Shown here: positions 11,691 to 25,399 of the stretch, in pieces
Position numbering within the stretch: the stretch's first letter is position 1
Layout of the letters: each line of letters begins with the position of its first letter
Assembly: GCA_011109175.1 (NCBI GenBank)
Contig: RDEW01000012.1
Location: 516,762 to 580,761, forward strand
DNA from: Dicyema japonicum
Lineage: Eukaryota > Animalia > Dicyemida
Reading direction: 5' to 3'
DNA length: 64,000 nucleotides
Position numbers and translations under genes: made by a program
The notes under the pieces: model-generated
The model's database searches: none
Told to the model about the DNA's origin: nothing
Seen by the model: only the letters and a program-made list of their open reading frames with translations

Positions 11691-13089
11691 AAATAGTCAT
11701 TAATATTTTCGGTTTTAAAATTTTGATTTTTTTGTGAAAATCTTTGATATTAGTAAATAGCTCTTTTAACGTAGGCAGAACTTGCATACAACTTCTTTCA
11801 TATACAGATGGAGGAGACTTTTATTTGAATATTGTATTTCCAAAATCCTAGTTGTTTGAAGTTTTTTTGTAAATATATTCATTCAAGGATCTGCTATGAA
11901 GTGATACTGTTGTAGGTACAAAAATGCTTCCTCCGTGGAATTCTGTTTTTAATGTTAAGTCTGTTGGCTCCTAATCTTCGTAGCTTTCACTGGCCAACTT
12001 TACGATCATGGAAATATCCGACAAGAATGCACACTTTTGAATGAGCCCATGTCATCTTAAAATATGAATACTTTCTCATTTTAGATGATATTTGACTACA
12101 AACTCAATATTTCTTGCATAAAATGAGCTTTTTGTATACGTGACCATATAACCGTAATCAATAAGAATAATAAACACGTGTCGAATAAAATTTTTAGTTA
12201 AATGTACTCCTGCGTTACCCATAACCATATGGATACTTAGGGTTCTACTTTTGCCGTGCTCTTCAGTATCAGTTCTACCAGTTTCTCCATGTAACATTAC
12301 TCCTTCCACGTCTCCCTACTTCACCGAGGAAATCCATGCATAAGGTCTCCTATTCAGGCATTCCTCTGATGTTGAAAATTGTAATTGTAACAGTGTAGAA
12401 TAGACAGAGTGAGAGTACTAAAGACAACATTCTTAATTTAATTTTATTGAACCAAAAAACCACCGTCATAACCAAAATAAACAAATTCAGATGATCCCAG
12501 CCTCCCTTAGCAGTCTCCGCATCTTTTCTCGGCTTAGACCATATAAGTAATATTGTGATATTCAATATTTCACTGAACATTGTGAAAAATCCAATTGGCA
12601 CAATCAGATCTTGTCTTTGACTTTGTTTTCACTACAAATTAATAGAAAATGTCAATAACAGTTTTTGAGAAATCAGGAGGTTCCCAGTTCCATGGTGGCA
12701 TCAGAGAAAATCTTTTGATCTTCCTCATTTTCAGAGGGTTCCCACAATTGTGGTACTGGATGGGCTGTGTTCTGGAGGGGGAACTTAGTTGTTACCTTCT
12801 TTGTTCCAGGGTTAATAAAATTAAAAAACCTAAGCCATATTTTTAAACAACACGTGTCTCGACGAGAACCATAGAAAATATCAGTTAATATGTCTATCAA
12901 AGATTCAAAGCATTATTTCCTGGGCATTCAAGATTGTCATGGAATACACCGCATTTAGTGCGCGTGATGGGATTGTTACAATAAAATATCTCTAAACGAC
13001 CAATGTTCCTATAAAAGTTGAATGTCCACTATTAATGTTTATCCACCACACTGTGGGGAGTGATGAGAGATCCTACAGAAATGAAGGAC

Positions 13090-13350
13090 TTTTACTCAGA
13101 GAAAATAACTTACAAAAAATTCAGTTACAGGCCAGTAAGCCTGGAAATAACGGAATCTAGCCGAAGACTATTCAGAATATCTTAAGGGTAGACTTGACCC
13201 CCCAATGCCAGACTAGTACGCTTTCTGGAAGGCCAAGAGTAATTCCCAGGAAATAACCTGAAAGGGTTGAAAATGGAGGTGAAATCCTCAGATGACCTAG
13301 AATTATTGAGATGGCTAACGATCGTGTAGTGGAAGAGAGTGGCATCTACA
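13090..13350 (+). mobile_element. RTE-like LINE 3' fragment
   Basis: SRRLF..GRPR..LKSSDDLELLR..DRV.WKR resembles the C-terminus of the RTE element at 33826-34278. Confidence 0.55.
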
Positions 13351-13731
13351 ATTGTTTCCATTGTTGCACGTGAAATTGTTATGGCTCTCGTGAAAGTTTA
13401 CAGAGATGAAAACACAAAGCACGATGCCGAACATAATTTTTTGTGCACAAATAATATACAATTGAAAATATCCTTTCACAAGTGGTCAGATTTCCCAAAC
13501 GTTACCTCTAATAATTCTAAACTTGAGGATATAGAAACAAAGGTCGTATCATTAAAAATCAATCCAAATCTAAGGTCCCGAGGATTGAAAGCATATACAT
13601 CTCAGTGAGTTTTGTTATGGTGAAGTGAGAAAAACAGAAGTTAATATCACAAATTACGAAAAAATTGCTGAAAAACACAATTTCAGCAGACTCGACATTG
13701 ACCAGGAGTTTATCTCTTAGAAGAAGAAATA

Positions 13732-13800
13732 CAGTCAAGCCTCGCAAATTGGCCAATCTTTAAATTGGCCAAAATTTTTAATTTAATTTTTAACTTAAAC
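13732..13800 (+). mobile_element. Solo pogo/Tigger-type terminus
   Basis: TA|CAGTCAAGCCTCGCAAATTGGCCAATCTTTAAATTGGCCAA aligns with the Tigger end at 49031 (CAGTAAACTCTCTCAAATATGCCACTCTTAAATTTGCCAA). Confidence 0.6.
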
Positions 13801-13849
13801 CCCACTTTATTTAATCAACAATAAAAAATTAATATTTAATAATCAACAA

Positions 13850-14275
13850 TCTTCCTCGCCTGCCTGCTGGCCAGCCTTCTCAGGCAGGTTCGATTCTGGT
13901 TCCTGAAACAACTCCGAGAGAGCCTTGTCCAATCGAACCCTTTACCCATATGGCATCTTCGGGTTCTCCCTCCTATACTCTACTGTCTGGTTCTCTAGGA
14001 GCCGTTTTAATAAGGTGGACTGTAGATAGGTCTGGAGTTTCCTATCTACCCCCTGACTGTTTCAGATAATCCCTGTGGTACTTTGTTACAATTCTTTCCC
14101 ACTTCATTACTATTGGAATAACGAGGACCTTGCAACCAATCATCTGCCCATCTAGTTTGCATGTCATACTTCTTTTTTTCTCCACCTCCACAGTCTGCAA
14201 ACGGTCTGAGACGTAATGCCAACCTCTATGATAAGGACTTGGCCAGACTCCTTATCGTGTACCACAATGTCCGGT
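13850..14275 (-). mobile_element. R4/NeSL-like retrotransposon REL endonuclease fragment
   Basis: PDIVVHDKESGQVLIIEVGITSQ..KKKYD, the same motif as in 56851-57237. Confidence 0.75.
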
Positions 14276-14379
14276 TAATTGTGCTTGACTAATTTAATTT
14301 GTAATACAAATTGAAAAAAAAATAAAAATTTTATTATCACATCCTTCAGGCCTATTTCTCTCTTATGCTCCATGTCAAA

Positions 14380-15260
14380 AATTCTGGAAAAGCTTATCCT
14401 CGCAAAAATCACTGAATGGACTCCCGATAAACCATTCCAGCATGGTTTCAAAAAGGATCGGTCCACAACGAGCTTTCGACTCTGTGCCGAGGAAGAACCT
14501 AACATGGAAAATTTACCAATCAGATATCCCTGAAAAACTCAAACGCTTGCTGATGAACTTCCTTAGCGGACGAAGAGGTAGTGTCCATTGGAAACATTCA
14601 TTCTGTCTCTCGTTTATTCCCAAATGGAGTACCCAAGGGCTCGCCGCTATCACCATTACTATTCAACCTGTTTACGTCTGACATTCCGACGCCGAATGGA
14701 GAAGACGACCTGCTTCTGGCTTATGCAGACGATATCGTCTTAGCCTCACGGGATCAGAACACCAAACAGCGACGGAAAGAATAGAAAACCACATGGATCG
14801 ACTACTCGAGTAGTTTAATGAAAATCGGATGTCAATCAATATCGAAAAATCTGTTACAACTCTCTATACCTCGGACAAAATATTGTCGAACAGGACAATA
14901 GAAGTTACTGCGGAGAAAAAAGAATTGCCGTTCAGCAAATGGCAAAAAATATCAGGTCTGACTTTCGATACGCACATGAACTTTTCGAGACATGCAACTG
15001 ACGTGCTGAACAAATGTGAGAAGAAAATCAACCTTTTGAAATGCCAAACAGGTCTATGGAAAATTGGACATCACCTTATACTTAAAACGCTCTACTCACA
15101 GTACATCGAACCATGCATTTCAGTATGCGTGTACTTCATGGGGTCCACTGGCCTCTTATACGAACATCCAGAAAATCTCCGCAACCCAGAAAAGGGCCTT
15201 CAAGCTAACGGAGAGATGGTACACAGGGGAAAACATTAAATCACCGACGCCATGGAGAAA
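14380..15260 (+). mobile_element. LINE (Jockey/I-like) RT fragment
   Basis: KILEKLIL..FQHGFKK..FDSVPRK..FLSGRRG..NGVPKGSPLSPLLFNLFTSDIP..AYADDIV; same family as 54400-56400. Confidence 0.9.
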
Positions 15261-15944
15261 CTAATCGAAAAAAAACAAGAATGGACCATTGCCAAAAAGA
15301 AAGTGCTCGTCCGCAGCGAACTTGTGTAGGCTCAAGGGATCAACACCGAGAAAAGATGAGAGCCTTGATCCAATTCGTCGGGATCACTTATTTAGTTTTT
15401 TCGGTTTAACAGTGGTCTTTGGAATTTAATTTTAATTTAATGCAATTAGCTGCTAGATTCTCACACTTGTGTCAAAAAACGATATTGAAAAAACAATTTT
15501 TTAGGTGGTTTTCTGAAAATATTGTTTTATACTAAAAATAGTACGGGTTTACTTCAATCCATGATATTATAAAATCTTCCAAGAGTAATTACACCAGACT
15601 CAGGCTAATAACAGATTATTGGTAACTGGAAAGGAATGCGTCAGTGGAAAAAATGCATAAGGAATTAGACATTTATTATGGAATTGTGTTTATTCTTCTA
15701 AAATTCCCGTTGGTGAGGTGAAGTCCTAGTATAAGACGCAACATGCATCTACTCCCTATCTCTTATCAGCATCATCTATAGCGTGGTAAAGGAATGATCC
15801 CGGCCTCTAAATTCAGGTAAAATTTTCTACGGAATCACTCCAAATAATGAGCTATTTTATAAATATAAAAATTTAAAATTGGGGGAGGATTGTCCTTCGA
15901 TAAATCAGTTTAAAGCAATACTTCCACAAGCCTGCAATGAGAAC

Positions 15945-16675
15945 TGACTAGTCCTCTCCTACGCCGACAATGTATTCTTGCCTCCAAGGACAAAAGCATT
16001 CAATCAGGTAGTCAGTCCGCTCAACAAATGTTGGAATAAATGGAACTGTGACTCTCGAAGCAGAGGCTCGACACATCAGCAGCGAAACCCTTTGTCCACT
16101 GTTTTTCCAAGTAAAAAGACAGCTCTGTGTAGAACCAAGAACGAGGCTATTCCTATTAACAAAACACCTAAGATTCTTGGGGGTCACCTTTGATTAGGGA
16201 CTCTCTTTTGCAAAATACTTTGAAACTCTATATTGGCTGCGACGAGGGAAATGGAGGCATTAAATCGTCGCTAGGTGTTTAGAAAGAAAAACGGGATCAT
16301 TAAAAACTATCTTCCGATAATAGATTAGGTCAACGATACTATATGCCAGCCCCTCCTGGACAATGTCTATCTCCCGGATATCCTACTGAAAATGTCAGCC
16401 ATTTAAGCGACCGTGGCAAGAGTGGTGGGACCAGAGATAGGCTCTATATCTCATTGAAGACCAAATCTAGAGAAACATAAAAAGGCCCTAAGGGCAGCCA
16501 AAAGTCCAGACAACCCCTGAATGAAGCACTATCAAGATACATGATCTAAACTAAGCACCTAAACTAAGAGAAGAAACCGTCCCCGTCGGAATCGACAACT
16601 TCCTTAGTTGAAAACTTTATCCTTTTATTTCACTAGGTGATTCTGGAGTAATAAATAATAATAAATCCATACTTC
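15945..16675 (+). mobile_element. LINE 3' fragment with AAT-repeat tail
   Basis: SYADNVFL..IPINKTPKILG; tail AATAAATAATAATAAA at about 16653-16668. Confidence 0.65.
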
Positions 16676-17689
16676 TAAGATCAAAGAGGTATTCCCCTTT
16701 GAATTTTATAGAACTTCATCGAGGATAACAATCGACTGGGAAATCTTTTCAAGATACATTGACTGCTCCGAGACAAGAATGCGAATGAGGAATTTCAATA
16801 GCAGACGTAGGATCTTCCGGATAATAAGAGTGATTTTTCACTCCTCAACAAGGAATAGACAAATCTCAAGTCACCTGAGTAGTTTGAGTATGTCTGGTAT
16901 ACCTCCACTGTGGTCATCACCCCGCATGCATGCTTACATGAGAAATGAGCATATAACTTGACAACTTTATTAGAACAACAGCAGTAGGAGTTAGATATAA
17001 GGGTTTTAATTAGTCCGCCTTTGCGGCCTGGACACTTCCGACGTCCCCATCTCCGTTATTAATTTGCTTCAATTGTTTTTAGTGGCCTGGGCTCTGCATC
17101 GAAAATCCATCTTTCTTAAATCACACCGATGATTTTGCTCAGTTCTTTTAGCCTCGAGATTATATCTCCCAGTTCTTTTAAGATCTTTTCGGGCATATCA
17201 CTTCGGGCTTGCCAAGCCGATTCTCGTGCCTGTCGAACCGGTTTATTGTTAATAGTTCAAGGGCCGATTATTCTTCTTCTCTTTGTCGGTTTCACCGATT
17301 CGGTGATTATTCTTGGTGGAGTCCTCTTATTGATTTCAGTTTTGGTATTATCTGTCTCGGTTCCCTTTTGTTGTTGCGAACATCAAGTTTTGTTTGGTTT
17401 TCAATAACACGGGGCATCCTCCATATCTCACTCCTCAACGAGCATATAATAAGTCATCTCTTCCCTTACTCATACCCACCTTTGACTTCTCTGCCTAACT
17501 GATCCGATTGAAGGACCTCTAGAAACGCCGGTTTCCAAATATTACTTTTTTAGCCATCGGTTTTCTTCGGTTGAAAGGTTCGAGGGTAATTATTATTTGA
17601 CCCCGAAAAAGGGAACACTAAGAAAAAAGTTAAGCCGTCTAATTAAGTGATCCTGATAGTTCACAACAGGCACACGAGGTTTTATGCAA

Positions 17690-19210
17690 AACTTCCCATT
17701 TTATTTATTCATTTTAAAACCCCACGACCACCAAAAAAATATTAATTCGCTAATTACGCGATCCCAGCCACTCCAACGATCTTCTGGATTCGCCGTATAA
17801 AGAATAGGAATGTTTCCGAGGAATATCTCAAATCCACCTTTAAATCTGCTGTTCCATAACATGGTGTCCTGATCTTTGGTAGTAAGTAAATTGTGTAGAA
17901 ATAAGTTAAATAGGAGAGGAGACAAAGAGGAACCTGTGTGACCCATTAGGGAGTAGTCTTGATTTTGAAGTAATTTTTCAAAATCCGGACTCTCACATAG
18001 ACAGTTAAAAAATTTTCCAGCCATAGCATGATGTTCCGATGTAAGTTTGAATTAAGATCTTTTCTGATAGGAGTATCCTCGAAACAGAATCGAAGGCTCT
18101 CTGTATATCATAGAAACCAGAGCCATGCGTAAATGTGTCTTCATGCTAAAGCCGTTTGTGATGAACTGTCGTTGTAGGACGGCCTTCTCTGAGGCCACGT
18201 TGAAATTCGAAGCAATTGTAGAACAGGGGAGATTAACATTAATACAGCTTCTCCAACACTTTGGACAGGGCAGTAAGAGGATGATTTTCCAGGCTTGAGA
18301 ATTAGTGTAATCAGTGAACTCTTCCATATATTTGGTATTATATGGGAATTAATATAATAGTCGTATAGCTTCGATAACACGATGTGTGTATGAGGTCCTA
18401 GGTGTCTAAGGTGAATAGCACAGACACCGTCGGGGGACACACATCGGGTGGGTCGTAGAAATTTGATAGACCTGTCCACGTTGTTAGTAAAGAAAAGAAA
18501 GAGTCTATTGTGGACCACATCGTTTGACATGAAGAGAGCCTGAGAAATTTTTGTGGTTGATCGACACATAACATTTCATAAGATTATTTGCAAGTTTCCG
18601 TGCAGGTTCCGAGACAATATGGGTAGCAGCTTCTACTCCATCGCCATCTTCGATATAAGACTGTTGGTACTTCTCAGTGTCTTCCAGATTGTGCTACATT
18701 AGTTTTTGTGGCATTATTGACCAACAAGTCGGCTCCACTTATTTCTGTGGTTAGCACAAATTATTTGGGAAATTCTGTAATTGAGGGAGCGTATGGACGA
18801 TATCCGAAGGCATCTCGTTTCTTGATGAGTGCCAGGATTCCCGAAGATAGTTTCGGATTGAATGTTTTTTATGCCGACCGGGGGATAAAATTCTGTTGGC
18901 TCTTTAGGATTATTGAGGTTAATATCTGAGCTGCCTCGTCAATAGGAAGGTCCTCAAAACCCCAAGCCAAATAAACATCTGTCCACAAACGTGCTGAAAC
19001 CAATCCAGTCTGCTTTCGAATATTTCTTGAACTTCGTAGAACATCCTGGCAAACAAATAGATCTTGTGAGTCTCAAAACAATTGTGTTATGGTCGTTTGA
19101 AAAACCACAACGAACATCCCAAAAAATATCTAGCAAGAAAGGAGTACATAAACAAGTCCGGGAAGTTGGGTTCGGATTGGGTCCTAGTATGTTTAGAAAT
19201 TTTTCCAATC
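17690..19210 (-). mobile_element. Degenerate LINE (end of APE to RT)
   Basis: DHNTIV..KKYSKADW..; SPDGV..IIPNIWKSSLITLILKPGK; GSSLSPLLFNLFL; many indels. Confidence 0.8.
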
Positions 19211-19279
19211 ATACATTTAGCTCCATCGCTACAAACATCCGACATTTATTCCAATTTATGTTTTTTGCAATAAAATAAT

Positions 19280-20127
19280 TTTTAATAGTGTTGAAAATAT
19301 TTTCCTCAGTACAATTACTCTCCAACGATTCGCACATTAACATGTCTTCTTAATAATATCGTCAAAAGGGTATCGAACGAAAACCAATAAAACTGCCAAT
19401 CCTTCAACATCAGTAGACTCGTCAATTTGAATGACAAAACCATTAGAATTATTCAAACGAATTAGTAACTGCGTTTCACTATTTTCCCAAAGTTCCTGAA
19501 TTCGCATTGAAATTATTTGACAAAGAAACAAGATCCAGTTTCTCAGACATTTGTTCGCCATACACTCGATGATTTTTTTGAACATGACTTTATAAGATTT
19601 TCGGCAATTGTATGTGCCTCACCACAACGTGCTGCAAGATAACTCACCTGTTTGATTAAAATAATTATATACTTCATAGGATGCTCTGGTCGATTTTAAG
19701 TGTCGTCTTTCGCAAAATTGGACATTTCCAACTTGCACCTTGTAGATTTTAATTTGATTTGAAAAAGGAAATATCTTATCCTTTAAGTGAGGATGCTTCA
19801 TCAATAAATGTCTTGATAGTTTGGCAGGAATTCTGCCGTATGTGGTAAAGTAGATCCATTCAAACCCATATGAGAGGTAACTTTCATCATATTTTTTTCT
19901 ATAATTATAATTATAAAAAAACCTTTTTTGAATATTTTTTGGAATCTCTTATGCAATTATTGTTTCTCATTAAAAATCTAAAAATTGACTAACTAACCCA
20001 AAAGAGAAACAAGATTTAAGCGTGGATGTTTAATATATTTTAATAATTAAAAACTATTATTAATAAATATAATTAATTTCGCGGAACACTAAAACTGGCT
20101 CCACGGATCCCAGGTTGGGAACCACTG
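19280..20127 (-). mobile_element. hAT (Charlie/Buster-like) transposon 5' part
   Basis: TIR CAGTGGTTCCCAACCTGGG ends at 20127; KHPHLKDK..; FVIQIDESTDVEGLAVLLVFVRY; truncated. Confidence 0.85.
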
Positions 20128-20450
20128 ATCTATGGAATACAGGGTTGCTCCGTGAACTAGCCTCCTTTAAGAGATTCTGTTGTAATTTGATTAATAAATT
20201 TTCAATGGGGTGTTTTTAAATTTACCAGTTGTATTGACGTTAAATGTCATGTGACTCGCCAACGACGTGGTGGCATTTGGAAGAACAGAACCACACTTTC
20301 TCCTATCTTCACGGGTGGAGCAATAAGGAAGGCCTGCGCCGTTGCAGAGACGTTAAGCCAAACGGTCATTATTAGATTATTTTAATTGAATTAGTTTAAT
20401 TTAATATTTTAAATTTGGAAAATTAATATTTAAATAATTCAAATTTGTTG

Positions 20451-21200
20451 ATGTTCAAGTTCGGTTTCAGATTATTTTCAAGATTTCTCTGTAGTCTTCC
20501 AGAAAAAAGTAATTGTTTTAAAAATATTAGATGTGTCGAATAAGGTTTCCGATCTTCTCAACTATGGAAACTACGTCAAGAACTGTCTTCCAAAATACGT
20601 ACAACTCGTACAGATCGCAGCTCAAAATGAACTCGAAATCTGCGTCCATCCCCTCGGAGTTATTCCAATCCTTCATTTCCTCAGAGACAACCATAACTCA
20701 CAGTTTATGAGCCTCTCCGATCTTTGTGCCTGTGATGTCCCCACTCGTCAGTATCGCTTTGAAGTATCCATTTCGATCATTTCAGATCGTTTACAACCTT
20801 CTGTCCCTTCGCTACAACCAGAGAGTTCGTGTGAGGACATACACTGATGAATTGACCCCCATTGACTCTGTCTGTCGGATTTACCCGGCCGCAAACTGGT
20901 ACGAGCGGGAGATCTGGGATATGTACGGAGTTTTTTTCAACAACCACCCTGATTTGCGGAGGATCCTTACAGACTATGGATTCGAGGGGTACCCACTAAG
21001 GAAGGACTTTCCATTGTCAGGGTACACAGAGGTAGTGGATTGGGTGAGTTTAGGTGAGGTATGATGATGAACTGAAACGGATTGTGTATGATCCTGTTGA
21101 ATTTGAACAGGAATTCAGAAAGTTTGAGTTGAAGAGTCCTGTTGAGGGATTGTATGAGTATAATGAGGCTGTTGGGAGGATTGAGAAGGGTGAGGACTAA
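20451..21200 (+). CDS. NDUFS3: NADH dehydrogenase [ubiquinone] Fe-S protein 3, 4 exons
   Basis: [21 protein letters not shown]|[70 protein letters not shown]|VRYDDE; three 22-nt introns. Confidence 0.97.
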
Positions 21201-21279
21201 TAATCATATTAACTACTAGTTTGTTTTTAATAAACTTATTTAAATCTAATTTTTGTAGGTTTTTCTCCTTCATCTGGGT

Positions 21280-21564
21280 TTAGGATGCCTGCATTCCTTC
21301 TGGCCGCCAAGCTTCTGTGCACTCTGTTTCATTGGTCGATGGTTCGGTAGGGAGATTAAGGATCATCTTGTCAAATGGTTGGTTGAGTATAGAGAGGAGA
21401 GGAATGTGAGGCGTGCTGGGGAACAAATGCCAATATCGCCGAAGCGGACGTGTAGGGTTGCCTGGTTTCTGCCTTGATCGTCGAACTTTCGTTGGCGAGA
21501 CGTTCGGTGGTAGAACGGGAATGTGTCTCAGTAAACAAGATGCACCACCAAGTACGTGGTTCAT
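21280..21564 (-). CDS. Hypothetical 94-aa protein
   Basis: ATG-initiated ORF convergent with NDUFS3; no motif recognised. Confidence 0.25.
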   Translation of the reverse strand: MNHVLGGASCLLRHIPVLPPNVSPTKVRRSRQKPGNPTRPLRRYWHLFPSTPHIPLLSILNQPFDKMILNLPTEPSTNETECTEAWRPEGMQAS

Positions 21565-23226
21565 TTTTGTAGAATGTGGTAGTCACGTGGTTAGTTGGAA
21601 AGTAGATGTAGTTCTACGTTAATCAAGTGGAAGGTCGGGCAAGTATATTTTAATCATAAAGTTTTATTTTGAAGTAGACAGATTAATCACGAGTATTTGA
21701 ACTTAGGGATGACCCAGACATCGATTGTTTATTCCTTAGAGTCAAGGAAACCGGTTACGAATAGAAACGGACGTTCCCGGAGATCGGTCAGATGGATCTG
21801 GTACGGTGAAGAAATTGAAGGTGGACCCGGACAAGAAGTGGTTCTAAACTCATCTTTTATTAGAAAGCTAATATTTAGAGGGACGGAGGACCAGTTTCTC
21901 TAGAAAACGTGAAAACGCACAGACGATTGAGAAGGATTTATTCCATTTATCCGCGACATACAACCCTTCCTTTACCACTTGTTAGATAGGTTACTTTTTG
22001 AGCTCCTTTATCGATTTCCATACGTTTTGCGTGGTTTTCTCAGAACTGCTTCCCAGTGTTTTTGGATCATCCTGCAATTTTCCCCATGGCTTTTTAGTTG
22101 TGAAATCTTTTCACTCAGTAATTGTCTAAGTAGTAATTGTTTCTTTTGTATGGAAACTCGTGTTTTGTGTTAAAGGATTAATCTTTTGTAGCTCGGAGTA
22201 ATCCTTCATCGGAAATAGGTAAATCTCAACAAAGGATGTGAAGGTGAGCCAGACAACATGCGAAAGTTTTGATTGATTCTTCGTTTATGAATTAATTTCC
22301 GTTTTTTCAATTCCCCACAACTTTGATTTCAGAAGGACTAGTCTTCTGTTAAATACGTCAAGTTACCCCAGCCTCTCTATAGGAGAGAGCGATATTAAGT
22401 ATTAGGCCGCAAATACTGATTCCTCCCATAAATCGGTCACTTTCGGTGTGGTAGATGGACATTGTTAAGTCCTGTACATTCGAAAAGGTGATTTGGTGCA
22501 AACGCAGAGAGGTTGCAAAGAGAACAAAGACATCATATTCTAGTTTATAGATGAGCCGTGATACTCGAATATTCCTCACTAGAGAATATTCTGATTGGCA
22601 GATTATAGAAAAGGGTCGACGTGGTATTTTGGCATAATCAAGTCTTCGGAGGATCTTGTGCTAACACGACCACGGTCATGGAGAGAATACATGATGGAGG
22701 ATAGCATTCAAGTTGTCAAAATGATTTTTGTTTTGTCTATTATTATAAGCAACAACAAATCATATATCCCATGATCCTCTATAATAGTCTCTTTCCAGAC
22801 TCCGCAGACTAATCTTCACCTTCTCTTGTGTTCTGTTCACTGGTCTCAAGTTACCATTCAGGACTTAGATAAGAACTTTCTCAAAACTTTTCCCCAAATT
22901 TTTCTAAGAATTCTTCTATGACGATGTTTGCTGGAGTGTCCCAATTCTTAGAATATGACCAAACAGTTTCCAGCCCGTCTCCATGATCAGGGTGCTCAGA
23001 AGTTTAGGGAACGTGTTTTGTGTGCCAGAGTTGTACGTAAGTATCAGTTTCACGAAAGCCTCACACAACCTGAGGCGGAGAGATGGGGACACTATAATTA
23101 TTTTGTCATTTGTAAAGAACAGGAAATAATTTCAGTTGACCTCAAGGTTATTCAAATAAATAAAAAATGTGTTGAATATACATTTATTAGTAAAATGAAA
23201 TAAAATGAAAACTCGGTTATTTGTGT

Positions 23227-25044
23227 TCATTCGTGGCTCTCTTCAATGATTTCCTCCTCTATGATTGATGTCTCCGTTGATTCTGATGAGACTCGGTTAG
23301 ATTCCATCCAAATGATGCAGTCCAGGTAAGACGGGGGAAGTTCCTGAATGTCCCAGATGTTGTATTTCAAGTTTTTTTCGTAAATTTCCTCGCCGATATC
23401 CCTCAGTTGGGGGACTATGTCCATGATCTTCTCGAACTTTTCCTCCGTTTTTCTGAAAATCTCATATTTCCTGAATAGATGGCAGACCTGTTCAAATTCT
23501 ATGGGGATCCTCTGCAGCACGTGGCAGTACTGGTCGTCTAAAACTGATAACCTTAGTTTACTTCTCTGATAAATCAGAATCATTATCATAAGAGCTCTTT
23601 CCACGTTGTTTAAGCTTAAATCTCTGAAGATTGAAGCCAGGCTGAATAATCTGTGAATAATGTTCGCATCCTCCGGGTCGGTCATGCAGTTTATTAAAAC
23701 TCCGAGACCGTCGGGGAAGATGATGACTCCTTCCTGATGGTTACAGTTCTGAAAGACGCATAAAATGATGGACTCCAAAACAGAATTTTTGATTACTTCA
23801 ATTTGGTCGGAGAAATTCAGCTAAAACTGAGGCCAATTTTTACATTAAAGAAAATTTTAATTTGGCGCCAAAATTGTACAAAATATTTGCTTATGTAAAT
23901 CAGGGACTTTGAGATTTCGCTCCATTTTTTGATGTCCTCTCTAGCCCGAACCACCATTGGGAGAAAATTGATCGGAATCTTTGTCTCCTCATTGCACAAA
24001 ATCCTTTTGACCTCATTATTCTCAAATATGGGGGCAATAAAGTTATTGTATCCGTGACTTATGGACTTTAAGATGTTTATCTCCCCTTCGTAAAATCTGA
24101 CTTGGTCGGTTTTGTGGTCTCCGTTTTGCATTTGGTTCCTTCTTTGTCGGTTCTCCTCGATAAGCTTTCGTTTTTCCGTTCTCTGGTATTCCGTGAGAAC
24201 GCCTAAAATAACCGAATCGCTCACATTTGCTATTCATCCCCACTTGGACACATCTTTTGAATCTGCAAGCCTGGCATTTGTTCCTACTTTCCTTGTTTAT
24301 CACACATTTGAAGTCATTCTTGCAAACATAGGTGGAATTCCGTTGAATAGTCCGACGGAAGAAGCCCTAACCCTGAGAAAAGGTCAGTACCTTACAGCCC
24401 TCACAAGTCATGATCTTATAGTGCAGCCCAGTTGCAAAGTCACCACAGACTTCGCATTGTGCGGATGGCTTCATATAGCTTGGGATGTAATTGTTGCCTA
24501 TAATAATGGTTACAAATACTTATAAAGACCGACCGCTTAGTCCTGGCCAGTGCCATTATCACAAAAAACAACAAAAACAGCTATTTATCTTAAATTGTTG
24601 GTGTCAGACCAACGCTCATATTATTGAAAATCAATTGTTTTTGTCTGTACAATTCAATGTAACAGATTTAAGTGCAAATGCAAGTTAAAACAAGCCTGTG
24701 CAGGGCCAGTATGGGACACGTGTTTGGTGTTTAGGCTGAGGGACTGAGCGAATGAATGGGAAGATTTGGGAATAGTCAGCACAATAGAGGTCATAGCATT
24801 TGACCTCGACCGCATATAGAATTTTACATTTGTAGGAATTTCCGTTCATACTCAGTTTTCTGGTTCTTCTCTGACGGGGTGAATTTTCGGGGCATTCGTC
24901 TGCCGGGGTCAGTTTCACGGAACTTGTGTCAGTGTTCGCAGGATCGTTCATCCTTATGATTAACGAAGGAACCTCTATTAATAAGCTGTGGCGTATTATT
25001 TTATATGATCTCAGACAATCCTGATAATTCGATAATAAATTCAT
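23227..25044 (-). CDS. Nuclear receptor, thyroid hormone receptor (NR1A)-like, multi-exon
   Basis: [22 protein letters not shown]|[46 protein letters not shown]-like hinge [21 protein letters not shown] and AF-2-like LPPSYLDCI; start codon uncertain. Confidence 0.85.
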
Positions 25045-25399
25045 TACAATCTGGTTAAATTGAAAACTGAAGGCGGGTTACCACCTAAAAATGACTTCCC
25101 CCAAGATTTCAGTCCCACTGTCCGAGTGTCCTCACCCCAAAAACTAATGGGTGGACAACCCTACCACAGAAGACCCATTAATCCCCATAACCAATATATG
25201 TGATTTATCCGAGGAATTAAATCTGTCACTAAGTAATTGTCAAATTATGCAATCAATTACTACTAGACAAATTCCCCCATGAATAATACACTTAATTCCC
25301 CATAATTATGCGCATTATAGTTTTCCTTTGGCAGTAATTCATTGATTACAATCAATCAGTATTTCAACGTCTGGGGGTTGCTCCATTCTAATTATCGAT

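Noticed and set aside
12350-12601. KGGWDHL resembling the piggyBac KGGVD motif
   Set aside because: Surrounding residues do not fit the piggyBac DDD domain and no TTAA-flanked TIRs were seen
13875-13900. B-box-like GGTTCGATTC suggesting a tRNA
   Set aside because: No correctly spaced A-box or cloverleaf; it lies in the 3' part of a REL retrotransposon fragment
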